This document shows positions 19,733-28,930 of a DNA stretch of 64,000 bases, piece after piece. Both the position numbers and the translations under genes were made by a program. How positions within the stretch are numbered: the stretch's first letter is position 1; the number at the start of each line of letters is the position of its first letter. The stretch spans positions 128,001 through 192,000 of the forward strand of contig JBGARZ010000010.1 in the NCBI GenBank assembly GCA_044229975.1, read 5' to 3'. Source of the stretch: Polyangiales bacterium. GTDB taxonomy: Bacteria > Myxococcota_A > Polyangia > Polyangiales > Ga0077539. The notes under the pieces are model-generated. The model was given only the letters and a program-made list of their open reading frames with translations, was not told where the DNA came from and searched no databases.

Positions 19733-20416
19733 ATGAGAGATTCGATCCTGGCCGGGCCGTCGGTGTTCAGCGTGCTGCGCGAGCGGCGGAGCGTGCGGGG
19801 CTTCCTGCCCGACGAGGTTCACGCCGAGACGCTGGAGGCGATCTTCGAGGCGGCGCAGCACGCGCCGTCGTGGTGCAACATCCAGCCGTGGCGGGCGTGG
19901 GTCACGCGCGGCGAGCAGACCCGCGCGGTGGCTGCGGCGATGATGAAGGCCGCGGAGACGGAGGCCCCGGCGCCGGACTTCGCGTGGCCGCCGGAGTACC
20001 CCGAGCCGTACGGTCGGCACCGGGTGGAGTGCGGCGTGGCGCTGTACACCGCGATGGGCGTGGCGCGCACCGACCGGCCGGCCCGTCACGACGCGTGGAT
20101 GCGCAACTTCCGGGCGTTCGACGCGCCGCACATCGCGCTGGTGGCGATCGACAAGCGCTTCAACCACTACGCGATGCTCGACCTCGGGTGCTGGCTCCAG
20201 TCGGTGCTGCTCGCGGCGCAGTCGTACGGCGTGGCGACGTGCGCCGAGGCGAGCCTGGCGACGTTCCCGGGGGCGGTGCGCGGGCTGCTGGGGATTCCCG
20301 ACGAGCTCGGCGTCGTGGTGGGCATCGCCATGGGCTACGAAGACCCGGCGGTGAAGGCCAACGGGTGCCGCACGACGCGCGCGCCGCTCGACGCCAACGT
20401 GCGCTTCGTGGGGTAG
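19733..20416 (+). CDS. Nitroreductase family protein
   Basis: RRSVRGF, APSWCNIQPW, FDAP, DLG, GVATC, MGY. Confidence 0.92.
   Translation: MRDSILAGPSVFSVLRERRSVRGFLPDEVHAETLEAIFEAAQHAPSWCNIQPWRAWVTRGEQTRAVAAAMMKAAETEAPAPDFAWPPEYPEPYGRHRVECGVALYTAMGVARTDRPARHDAWMRNFRAFDAPHIALVAIDKRFNHYAMLDLGCWLQSVLLAAQSYGVATCAEASLATFPGAVRGLLGIPDELGVVVGIAMGYEDPAVKANGCRTTRAPLDANVRFVG
20378..20412 (+). repeat. 35-bp direct repeat, copy 1 (nitroreductase 3' end)
   Basis: cgcgcgccgctcgacgccaacgtgcgcttcgtggg is identical to 22538-22572. Confidence 0.95.
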
Positions 20417-20447
20417 CGACGAGCGGCGTGATACACCGGGCGTAGCC

Positions 20448-21680
20448 ATGTGGATCGAGCGGCTGACGCTGAAAGACTTCCGGGGCTTCGCGGAGCTGGA
20501 GCTGGATCTCGACCGGGCCGTGACCGTGCTGGTGGGCGTCAACGGGTCGGGCAAGAGCTCGGTGCTGGACGCGATTGCGATCGTAGTGCGACCGCAGATC
20601 GAGACCAAGACGAGTGCGAGGTTGGACGGCCGTCTGTTGGAGTCGAGTGACCTCCGACAGGGGACATCGTTGGCCTCGATCAGGCTTGGTGTTCGATATC
20701 CCGATGGAGCCTACGAATCTGGTGTTTCTGGCCACATCGCCGGGGGCACCCTTTTCAGAACAGACGAGTGGAACGCTACCGGTTTCGGTGCGCGCGACGG
20801 TGGAACGATCCCGCTCGTACTTCATGTGCGGAGTCCGCGTGCCCTGAGCGTCGCGGACGTGCTCGTGCCACCAAGGCTCGCGACGACCCGACAGCAACGT
20901 CCCGGGCTCGCTGCTATTGACGATGCACTCGAAGGGTCACTCCTCGCCTTCGCGCCCTTCGTTGCTTGGTACCGCGAGCAGGAGGACGTCGAGAACGAGC
21001 GTCGTCGCGACGGCCAACCGGATCACGAAGACCCGCTGCTCAGCGCAGTGCGACGCGCCCTCCTCCAGGTCGTGCCCGAGTACACAGACCTCCGCGTTCG
21101 TCGCCTTCCGTCGCCTCATCTCACCGTGCGTAAGGCTGGCGTCACGCTCTCGCTCACGCAGCTCTCCGAAGGCGAGAAGAACCTCCTCGCGCTCGTCGGC
21201 GACATCGCGCGCCGCATGGCCATCGCCGACCCGACCGCCGACGATCCCCTCCAGACCGAGGCGGTGATCCTCATCGACGAGATCGAACTGCATCTCCATC
21301 CCGCGTGGCAACGTCGCGTGCTCCCGCGGCTGCGGGCAGCGTTTCCGCGCTCGCAGTTCATTGTCACGACGCACTCGCCGCAGGTGGTCGCGTCGGTTCC
21401 CGCGGAGTCGGTGGTCGTGCTCAAGGACTTCGTCGCACGGCGCCAGTGGCACCCGACGGAGGGGCGCGACAGCAACGCCATCCTGCGGGAGGTGTTCGGT
21501 GATCCGTCGCGTCCGCAGGAGGCGGCCGCGGAGATCGATGCCGTCCGTGCGTTGATCGACGCCGAGCAGCTCGACGAAGCGCGAGCCCGGCTGAAGACGC
21601 TGGCGGCGAAGTTCTCCGAGCAGGACGACGACGTGCTCGACCTCCGCACGCGGCTCGACTTCGCCGAGGTTGGTCTTTGA
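20448..21680 (+). CDS. ABC/AAA ATPase, PtuA-like (Septu/retron-associated)
   Basis: Walker A GVNGSGKS, signature LSEGEK, Walker B ILIDEIELHLHP, TTHSP. Confidence 0.85.
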   Translation: MWIERLTLKDFRGFAELELDLDRAVTVLVGVNGSGKSSVLDAIAIVVRPQIETKTSARLDGRLLESSDLRQGTSLASIRLGVRYPDGAYESGVSGHIAGGTLFRTDEWNATGFGARDGGTIPLVLHVRSPRALSVADVLVPPRLATTRQQRPGLAAIDDALEGSLLAFAPFVAWYREQEDVENERRRDGQPDHEDPLLSAVRRALLQVVPEYTDLRVRRLPSPHLTVRKAGVTLSLTQLSEGEKNLLALVGDIARRMAIADPTADDPLQTEAVILIDEIELHLHPAWQRRVLPRLRAAFPRSQFIVTTHSPQVVASVPAESVVVLKDFVARRQWHPTEGRDSNAILREVFGDPSRPQEAAAEIDAVRALIDAEQLDEARARLKTLAAKFSEQDDDVLDLRTRLDFAEVGL

Positions 21681-22351
21681 TCCTGATCAGCAAGGGCCCA
21701 CCGCCCGCTGCGCTCACGACCTACCGACTCCAGCCCGACACGACCGTCGAGCCGCCCCGCGCCTCCCGCTACGACGGACCCGGCTTCGATGAGGTGAAGC
21801 CGGATGTCCGCGCGGCCCTGCTCGCCGAGCAACGTGGCGTCTGCTGCTACTGCACCGATCGCATCACCGACAAGACGATGAAGATCGAGCATCGGGTGGC
21901 GCAGTCGGCGGACGAGTTCCGCACGCTCGACTGGCCCAACCTCTTTGGCGCGTGTTGCGGCGAGACCGACAACCCGGCCGGTGACGGCGCGAAGATCCTC
22001 CACTGCGACTCCGCGAAGGGCAGTCGTCCGATCGCGGTCGACCCCACCAACCCCTCTCACGCCGCGACCCTCTCGTACCGCAACGACGGAACGCTCGTCT
22101 CCGCCCAGCCCGCGCATCAGGCGGACATCGACGACGTGTTGAGGCTGAACGTCACCGCGCTGCGCGATCGAAGGCGTCGCGAGCTCACGAAGCTCCAGCG
22201 CGTTCTCAGCGAGCGACATCCCGCAAAGAAGCTTCCTCGCGTCGGACTCCAGAAGCTGCTGGACCTCCACCGCAACCCTCGTGGCGACCACGCGCCCTTC
22301 GTCGGCTTCCTGTGCTGGTGGCTCGAACGCGCGCTCCGCAAGGCCGCTTAG
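21677..22351 (+). CDS. HNH endonuclease, PtuB/TIGR02646-like
   Basis: EQRGVCCYC..IEH..WPNLFGAC..HCDSAKG; TTG start overlaps the ATPase stop. Confidence 0.85.
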   Translation: MILISKGPPPAALTTYRLQPDTTVEPPRASRYDGPGFDEVKPDVRAALLAEQRGVCCYCTDRITDKTMKIEHRVAQSADEFRTLDWPNLFGACCGETDNPAGDGAKILHCDSAKGSRPIAVDPTNPSHAATLSYRNDGTLVSAQPAHQADIDDVLRLNVTALRDRRRRELTKLQRVLSERHPAKKLPRVGLQKLLDLHRNPRGDHAPFVGFLCWWLERALRKAA

Positions 22352-22370
22352 CGGTTACTGAGCGCCGGGC

Positions 22371-22528
22371 GACGGTGGCGGCGGAAGCCGCAAGGGCGCG
22401 AGGGTCGCAAGGGGGCCTGAATGTCGGGGTCGACGACTCGGAAGGTCGTCACCCAGCGGTTTCGTCTCGCCTTCATCCTTCGCGCTCCTTCCGGTTGCGA
22501 CCCTCGCGTCCTTGCGGCTTCTACCGTC
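22371..22528. repeat. Inverted repeat (27-bp core arms) with internal hairpin
   Basis: gaagccgcaagggcgcgagggtcgcaa (22384-22410) pairs with 22495-22521; internal gacgac-N7-gtcgtc hairpin. Confidence 0.85.
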
Positions 22529-22537
22529 TGCTCCGAA

Positions 22538-22572
22538 CGCGCGCCGCTCGACGCCAACGTGCGCTTCGTGGG
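22538..22572 (+). repeat. 35-bp direct repeat, copy 2 (duplicated nitroreductase 3' end)
   Basis: Identical to 20378-20412; reads RAPLDANVRFVG followed by TGA. Confidence 0.95.
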
Positions 22573-22688
22573 TTGAATCACCCGCCTCCGACCTCCGTTC
22601 ATCCCACCAGCACCGACGATCGCCGACTGCGCCGCTCCCTCTGCGGCGCCCGCGCGTCTCGCCCGTTGCCATCGGTCGGAGGTCTCCC

Positions 22689-23690
22689 ATGAAGTACCGC
22701 GCGCTCGTCCGCTCCGTCGTCTGCGTTACCATGGCCACCTCGCTCTCGGCCTGCCTCGGCGGCCCCGTCTCCAGCTTCGATCGCCCCGTCGCCGTCACCG
22801 CCGTGCCCGCCGCCAACGACCCGATCGCCGTCGCGGCCACCACCGACGAGACCGCGGTCGCGCCCGACGCGCAGCCCGCGGCCTGCGTCGCGTCCGATGA
22901 AGTCTGCGACGGCGTCGACAATGACTGTGATGGCCAGGTCGACGAGCTCGATCGCTGCCACGCCCCGGAGCTCGTCTGCGTCACGGCCCCCGTCCTCGGC
23001 GACCCGTCGCGCCTCGCGTGGACCACCACGCTCCACAGCGACGCCCTCGTCGCCGCCCGGTCGGACGTCGGCCTCGCGGGTGAGGCCGCGCCGCCCGCCG
23101 TGTACTACCGCGTGACGCTCACCGAGGACTCGCTCCTTGCCGTGCGATCGGCCCGCCCCGTCGCGGTGCTCGCCGACGCGTGCGCCACCGCCCGCGCGCA
23201 GACCGCCACCGCGTCGCAGGGATGCGGCGACGAGCGCATCGAGCTCTTCGCGCTCGACAAGGGCGAGTACACGCTGCGCTTCGAGGGCGCGCGCACCGAC
23301 GCCGTCGACGCCACGGTGCAGGCGATGCCGCTGCCCGACCGCGCGACGGGCTACCACCTCCGCACCTGGGAAGAACTCTCCGAGCGCTTCTACGTGAGCG
23401 CGGTGGCCAACGACCCCGACGCCCGCTGGAGCCCGCCGTGCGGCGCGGGGCCGCGGCCGTGGTCGGTCGAGGCGGTGTACGGGTGCGTCGCCCCGTCGGC
23501 GGTGCGCGTCGAGGTGAGCGGGTCGCCCGCGCTGAGGCTCGCGTCCGTCCAGGGTGACGACGCGGCGGTGTGCGTCTCGCCCGGAACCGCCGAACTCACG
23601 GTGTCACCGCGGGATATTGTTCATCGCTTCGTGGTGAGCGCGGCGGCGGGAGGGTACGGCGGGCTCTGGGTGACGGCCTCGTCGAGGTAG
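22689..23690 (+). CDS. Lipoprotein with one MopE-like CDGVDNDCDG motif
   Basis: Lipobox LSAC; EVCDGVDNDCDGQVDE. Confidence 0.65.
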   Translation: MKYRALVRSVVCVTMATSLSACLGGPVSSFDRPVAVTAVPAANDPIAVAATTDETAVAPDAQPAACVASDEVCDGVDNDCDGQVDELDRCHAPELVCVTAPVLGDPSRLAWTTTLHSDALVAARSDVGLAGEAAPPAVYYRVTLTEDSLLAVRSARPVAVLADACATARAQTATASQGCGDERIELFALDKGEYTLRFEGARTDAVDATVQAMPLPDRATGYHLRTWEELSERFYVSAVANDPDARWSPPCGAGPRPWSVEAVYGCVAPSAVRVEVSGSPALRLASVQGDDAAVCVSPGTAELTVSPRDIVHRFVVSAAAGGYGGLWVTASSR

Positions 23691-23819
23691 GTGCGTGGCC
23701 TCCGGGCTCCCACAAACCGTGGGTCAATCGTCACGCTCCCCCTTGAGGCCGGACCACCATCGACCGATCGAGCACAGAGATGGCGCGATGACGGTTGGTC
23801 GACGCGCAGGGATACGTCC

Positions 23820-24200
23820 ATGACATCAAAGGGAGTGGTCGATCGGGTGAAGGCCGCCGAGGTGCTGAGGGTCACCGCCGAGATGCACCTCGACACCATC
23901 GGCGATCGCATGACCGAGCTGTTGGAGCCGTTCGCGCGGCGCGGCGACCCGATCCCCGACCTGGGTGTGGCCGTGGCCCTCATGGGGCGTCGGTTGAAGT
24001 CCCTGGGCGAGGCCATGCTCGCCGCCGATCGCTCGCTGGCGATGGCCGAGAGCGGGTCGCGCGACGCCGAACGCATCCGCGCGAAGCGAGACGCCGCTGT
24101 CGCCGCCTACGACGCGGCCTTCGCAGACACCACCGTGCTGGTGACCACCCTGCTACACGTGGCCGGGGTCGAGCCGTCGGCCCACGCGCGGGCGTCGTAG
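23820..24200 (+). CDS. Hypothetical alpha-helical protein
   Basis: ATG-started ORF with GC-biased third positions; no recognisable motif. Confidence 0.5.
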   Translation: MTSKGVVDRVKAAEVLRVTAEMHLDTIGDRMTELLEPFARRGDPIPDLGVAVALMGRRLKSLGEAMLAADRSLAMAESGSRDAERIRAKRDAAVAAYDAAFADTTVLVTTLLHVAGVEPSAHARAS

Positions 24201-24201
24201 C

Positions 24202-25968
24202 TCAGCCCCGTCGCCGTCGCCGCTTCGCCAGCGCCACCAGCGCGAGCCCGATGCCCCACGCTCCGCCGCGCGCGCCCGTCGCCGTGCCCGCCACGTCGCA
24301 GTCGCAGCCCGTCGGCGCCGGAGTCGTCGTCCCGCCGTCGGCCGTGCTCGCGTCCGTCACGACCACGCCTGCGTCCGCTCCTCCGTCACTCACGCCTGCA
24401 TCCGTCGTGGTGCCGCCCGTCACGGTCACCATGGTCGTCACCGACGCCATCTCGAAGGGAGCAGCCCGCGCCGTCGCGTTGAACAACCGCAGCAGCTCCG
24501 TCCCCCGGTTGTCCGTCCGGTTGGCCGCCGCGATGGTCTCCACGTAGTGCTTCGTCGTCGCCCGGTACAGCAGCCGCACCGTCACCGGAACCTGTCCCCC
24601 CGTCGCCGGCAACGGCACGTCGAACACCGCGTCGTCCCAGTGACGCAAGCTCCCACCCTCGCCGCCGGAGTAGTCGCGTCCCACGGGCGTCGTGCGCTCG
24701 TCGGGTCGCATCGCACGCGGCGGGATGCGCGTGTCGTTCATCACCACCGTGTGCTGCGCCACGAAGTCCGAGTGCACCGCGCGCCCGCCCTCGATGTGCC
24801 CCGGCTCGAACTCGTACACCCGCGCCTGCGCGTCGCGCACCAGCTCGTCGGCCACGTAGTCGCCGCTCACCACCTGCGAGCCCACCTGAACCTGTAGCCA
24901 CATGAGCCGCGCGTCTTCGTAGCCCGTCGGCAGCTTGTGCCCGGTGTTGTTGGTGACTCGCACCCGTAGCTGCACGGTCGACCCCGCCGCGCCCGTCGTC
25001 GGCGGCTCCGTCAACACCACCGTCGCCGCGGTGCGCAGCGACGCCTGCGTGCGGGTGCGCGCCCGGTCGAACTCCGCGTCGAGCTCGCCCGGAAAGGCCG
25101 CCCGCAGCAGGGACATGCCCCACTCGTTGGCGCCGAGGAAGTCGTGCCGACGCTGCCCCGGACGCAGCGGCGCGTTGGGGATGCGCGTCGACGGCAGCGG
25201 GTCACCGCCGACCTCGGGCATGTGGCAGTGCTGGCAGGTCTGCGGCTCGGTGCGCCGCGCGAAGTCGCTCTGCGCCCACTCGGAGTAGGTGCTCTGCAAC
25301 GGGAAGAACCGCCCCGTGTCCTGACCCGTCGCCGAGAGGCGATGGAGGGTCGGATGGTCGACGTCGTGGCACTGCCCGCACAGCCGCGGATCGCGGATGA
25401 AGGGCGAGCCCAGGGACGGGTGCCGCGGCGACGTGGCCGGGTCGTTGTTGGGGCCGTACCGCGTGGGGACCATGCCCTCGGGCGCGTCGCCGTACGTGAG
25501 CTGCGCGTTGGAGAGGAAGGGCGAACCCGTGTCCGCGGGGTTGATCACCGAACGGTGACAGGTGTCGCAATTGACGCCGTCGGTGTCGCCGAGCACGGGG
25601 TCGAGGTTGGTGCCGAAGCCGTTGGCCGCGCGGCCGCTCGTGAAGCCCGACGGGCTGTGGCAGCGGAAGCAGAAGGTTCCGGCCGAGGGGAGCTGCTGCT
25701 CGGCGACGGTGAGGGTGGCGAGGAAGAGCGGGTCGCGCGAGGCGTTGGCCATCATCGACGGGGCCCACGCGTCGCCGGGCATGTACGTGTCGCCCGCGGC
25801 GGTGGTCTCGCCCGCGTGGCACTCGGTGCACCGGCTCGACGGCTGGAGCGGCGACACGAGCTGCCCCGGCTGCGTGCCGTGCGGCTGGGCCCACGCCGAC
25901 GACGCGAGCAGTGAAACGACCGACGCGGCCGTCGCCGCGAGTGACCCACGAAGACCTCGTCGAAGCAT
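24202..25968 (-). CDS. Pentaheme c-type cytochrome with MYXO-CTERM anchor
   Basis: Signal peptide; CTECH, CFRCH, CDTCH, CGQCH, CQHCH; GHKLPTG; C-terminal GCDC..TM..RRRRR. Confidence 0.85.
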   Translation of the reverse strand: MLRRGLRGSLAATAASVVSLLASSAWAQPHGTQPGQLVSPLQPSSRCTECHAGETTAAGDTYMPGDAWAPSMMANASRDPLFLATLTVAEQQLPSAGTFCFRCHSPSGFTSGRAANGFGTNLDPVLGDTDGVNCDTCHRSVINPADTGSPFLSNAQLTYGDAPEGMVPTRYGPNNDPATSPRHPSLGSPFIRDPRLCGQCHDVDHPTLHRLSATGQDTGRFFPLQSTYSEWAQSDFARRTEPQTCQHCHMPEVGGDPLPSTRIPNAPLRPGQRRHDFLGANEWGMSLLRAAFPGELDAEFDRARTRTQASLRTAATVVLTEPPTTGAAGSTVQLRVRVTNNTGHKLPTGYEDARLMWLQVQVGSQVVSGDYVADELVRDAQARVYEFEPGHIEGGRAVHSDFVAQHTVVMNDTRIPPRAMRPDERTTPVGRDYSGGEGGSLRHWDDAVFDVPLPATGGQVPVTVRLLYRATTKHYVETIAAANRTDNRGTELLRLFNATARAAPFEMASVTTMVTVTGGTTTDAGVSDGGADAGVVVTDASTADGGTTTPAPTGCDCDVAGTATGARGGAWGIGLALVALAKRRRRRG

Positions 25969-26059
25969 GATCGCGCCATCATATCCGTCCGCGCCCCGTT
26001 GGCCACGCGCGACGCGATGCCCGCAGACGAGGGCGATGGGGTACAAGCGAGGTCTCCCC

Positions 26060-26635
26060 ATGTTGTACGAGACCTATTCGCGCATCGCGGTCGGCGCGGT
26101 GCTGGAGCCCGACGCCACGCACGAGCTCACCCGCTCGTTTCACGTCTCGCTGGGGCTCGAACCCGACGCGACCCTCGCCGAGGTGCACGCGGCGCTGCTC
26201 GACGCGGCCCCCAAGCACAAGAAGCTGGTGCTGCCGCGCATCCGCTACGAGCTGGCGTTTGAGCGCTACGTCGACGAGCGCTGGGACATCGACTGCGCCA
26301 TCGGCGGCGTCACCGACGGCGGCGTCGACGGGACGCGCGGGTATGTCTTTGTCGGCGTTCGCATCGAGCAGTGGGAGGCCATCGAGACCGAGGAGCAGCC
26401 GCACCTCGCGGGCCGTCCGCGCGTGCTCAAGAAGGGTGACCTCTCGGCGGGGTCGGACTTCTCCAAGCAGATCGGCGACGAGCACAAGAAGCCCATCGAC
26501 CACGCGGCGCGGATGTTCCAACGGGCGCGCAAGGACATCGACCTCGACGCGGGCCGTCGGCTGCGGACGCTGCCTACGCGCGAGCGCGACGTGTACTGGG
26601 CGCTGGTGCGCTGGCTCGTCCCGCGAGCGGGTTGA
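26060..26635 (+). CDS. Hypothetical protein
   Basis: ATG downstream of GAGG; coding-like codon usage. Confidence 0.6.
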   Translation: MLYETYSRIAVGAVLEPDATHELTRSFHVSLGLEPDATLAEVHAALLDAAPKHKKLVLPRIRYELAFERYVDERWDIDCAIGGVTDGGVDGTRGYVFVGVRIEQWEAIETEEQPHLAGRPRVLKKGDLSAGSDFSKQIGDEHKKPIDHAARMFQRARKDIDLDAGRRLRTLPTRERDVYWALVRWLVPRAG

Positions 26636-26707
26636 GGCGGAGCTCCCGCCGCCGCAAGTAGGCGAAATCGTGCCACGGCCGGGGCACTCGGCTACGGTGA
26701 CCGATTG

Positions 26708-28927
26708 ATGGCCTCGGCGCCCCAACAGCAGCTCTTCGCGGACGGCGCGCGCCTCGGTCGGTACCTCATCGAGCGGCGCATCGCCTCTGGCGGCATGGCC
26801 GACGTGTACCTCGCGAAGCAGGTCGGCGAGTTCGGCTTCACGAAGACCGTCGCCCTCAAGGTGCTCAAGACCGAGGTCTCCGGCGACGACGACAACGTGC
26901 GGATGTTCCTCCGCGAGGCGCTGGTGGCGGCGGAGTTCAACCACCCCAACCTGGTGCCCGTGTACGAGGTGGGGCGCGAGGGCGATCGGCTCTTCCTCGC
27001 CATGGAGCTCGTGCGCGGCATCTCCGTCGCCACGCTGATGCTCCTGCTCGCCAAGAAGGGGCGGTCCATTCCCATTCCCCTCGCGGTGCGCATCGCTCGC
27101 GACGTGCTCGACGGGCTCGCGTACGCCCACGAGGCGAGGGGCGCCGACGGCAGCGCGCTCGACATCATCCACCGCGACGTCACCCCGCAAAACATCCTCA
27201 TCGCCGAGGACGGCGTCGTGAAGCTGGTGGACTTCGGCATCGCGCGCGCCGAGACCGCCCTCGGCCGCACGCAGGTCGCCAAGGTGAAGGGGAAGTTCAG
27301 CTACATGTCCCCGGAGCAGTGGGAGCCCTCGGGGCACGTCCTCGACGCGCGCGCCGACCTCTTCTCGCTGGGCGTCTCGCTCTACGAGATGTCCACCGGG
27401 AGCGGCCGGCTCTTCAAGGGCAGCGCCGCCCCCGACCTCTACAAGGCCGTCGTGCGCGACCCCATCCTGCCGCCGTCGTCGCGCGTCGCGGACTACCCCG
27501 ACGACCTCTCCTCCGTCGTGATGACCGCGCTCGAACGCGACGTCACGAAGCGCTGGCCGAGCGCCCGCTCGATGAGCGCCGCGCTCGACGGCGTGATGGC
27601 CGCCCACGACTGGAGCGTCGAGCCCGCCGTCCTCTCGAAGCTGTTGGAGTTCGCCCTCGACGGTCAGTCCATCGAGTCACGCTGGGAGCGCGTCGACTCG
27701 GGCGACGTGCCGCAGCTCGATCACGACACGCCCACCATGGTCGACGGCGCCGGCGCCGGACCGCTGCGTCCGGTGTCGGTGTTTCCGAGGGCGATGGAGG
27801 TGCTGCGGGCGCGCACGCCGGTGCCGGTCCCGGCCGTGGTGATGGGCTCGCTGCCGCCGCAGGCCGTCGAGCCCGCCTACGAGCTCGGCGCCCCGAAGAA
27901 CACCCCCGCCGCCGAGCCCGTCGCAGCGCCTCCGGCGTCGTCGCGCGCGATACGCCGCGCCGTGCTCGCCGTGGCCGTCGCAGGGTGGGCCACCGCGGCC
28001 ATCACCGGCACCCTCTGGCTCTCCGAGAGCCGCCGCGCCGCCTCGCTCGAACGCCGTCTCGCCCTGCGCAACATCGTCGCGGTCGCCACGCCGCCGACGG
28101 TGCCGCCGACCGCGTCGACCGTGGTGGTTCCGCTGCCCACGGACGCCGGGTCGACGAGCGCCGCACCCTCTTCGCAGGTCGATGCCAACACGCTCACGGT
28201 CGTCGCCGACCCCTCGCTCGCGACCACGCTCGCGACGGCGTGGGCGCGGGCCTTCGCGCAGGGTCCGGGCGGCACGCGCGTGGCCCTCACGCCGGGCGAC
28301 GCGCGCGCCTCGATGGCGGCGGGGCGCTCGATGGTGGGGTTGTTCGTGGCGGCGGGGACCGAGCCGCGCGCGGCCACCGAGCGCGTGGTGGGCTACGAGG
28401 CGACGGCCGTGGTGGTGCACCCGTCGAGCCTGGTGCGAGGCATCACCGTGGCGCAGCTCGCCGATCTCTTCGCCGGGCGCATCACGACGTGGCGCGCGCT
28501 GCGCGGGGCCGACGCGGCGCCGCGGCTGGTGGTCTCTCCGACGGGCGCGGCTCCGCACGCGGCGCTGCGCTCGCTGGTGCTGGCGCGCGCCACGCCGTCG
28601 CTCGCGCTCGCGCCGACGGCGGACATGCTCGACGACGACGCGGCGGCCGTGCGCGCCGTGGCGGCCGACCCGACGGCGGTGGCGGTGGTGGCGCTGGGCG
28701 CGGTGACGCCGGGGGTGCGCGCGCTGGGCCTGACGAGCGGGCGGCTCCCGCCGGTGGGGCCGACCGCGGTCGCGGTGCGAACGCTGCGCTACCCGCTGGT
28801 GCAGGCGGTGGTGCTCGCGCGCAACGGGGCGCACCCGCCGACGCGGGCGATGGAGGGGTTCATCGCGATGACGACGAGCGCGGAGGGGCAGCGGGTGCTC
28901 ACGCGCGCGGGCTACGTCGGGCGGTAG
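26708..28927 (+). CDS. Membrane Ser/Thr kinase with C-terminal PstS-like substrate-binding domain
   Basis: IASGGMADVY, HRDVTPQN, DFG, YMSPE; one TM; VVVHPSS..ITVAQLADLFAGRITTW..YPL..EGQRVL..GY. Confidence 0.85.
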   Translation: MASAPQQQLFADGARLGRYLIERRIASGGMADVYLAKQVGEFGFTKTVALKVLKTEVSGDDDNVRMFLREALVAAEFNHPNLVPVYEVGREGDRLFLAMELVRGISVATLMLLLAKKGRSIPIPLAVRIARDVLDGLAYAHEARGADGSALDIIHRDVTPQNILIAEDGVVKLVDFGIARAETALGRTQVAKVKGKFSYMSPEQWEPSGHVLDARADLFSLGVSLYEMSTGSGRLFKGSAAPDLYKAVVRDPILPPSSRVADYPDDLSSVVMTALERDVTKRWPSARSMSAALDGVMAAHDWSVEPAVLSKLLEFALDGQSIESRWERVDSGDVPQLDHDTPTMVDGAGAGPLRPVSVFPRAMEVLRARTPVPVPAVVMGSLPPQAVEPAYELGAPKNTPAAEPVAAPPASSRAIRRAVLAVAVAGWATAAITGTLWLSESRRAASLERRLALRNIVAVATPPTVPPTASTVVVPLPTDAGSTSAAPSSQVDANTLTVVADPSLATTLATAWARAFAQGPGGTRVALTPGDARASMAAGRSMVGLFVAAGTEPRAATERVVGYEATAVVVHPSSLVRGITVAQLADLFAGRITTWRALRGADAAPRLVVSPTGAAPHAALRSLVLARATPSLALAPTADMLDDDAAAVRAVAADPTAVAVVALGAVTPGVRALGLTSGRLPPVGPTAVAVRTLRYPLVQAVVLARNGAHPPTRAMEGFIAMTTSAEGQRVLTRAGYVGR

Positions 28928-28930
28928 GCG

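Noticed and set aside
22371..22528. Retron msr/msd call
   Set aside because: No reverse transcriptase nearby, it lies downstream of the effector genes, and its core is shared with another intergenic repeat; kept only as a low-probability idea
23820..24200. Possible internally deleted pseudogene
   Set aside because: It resembles longer myxobacterial helical proteins only from vague memory; cannot be supported without alignment
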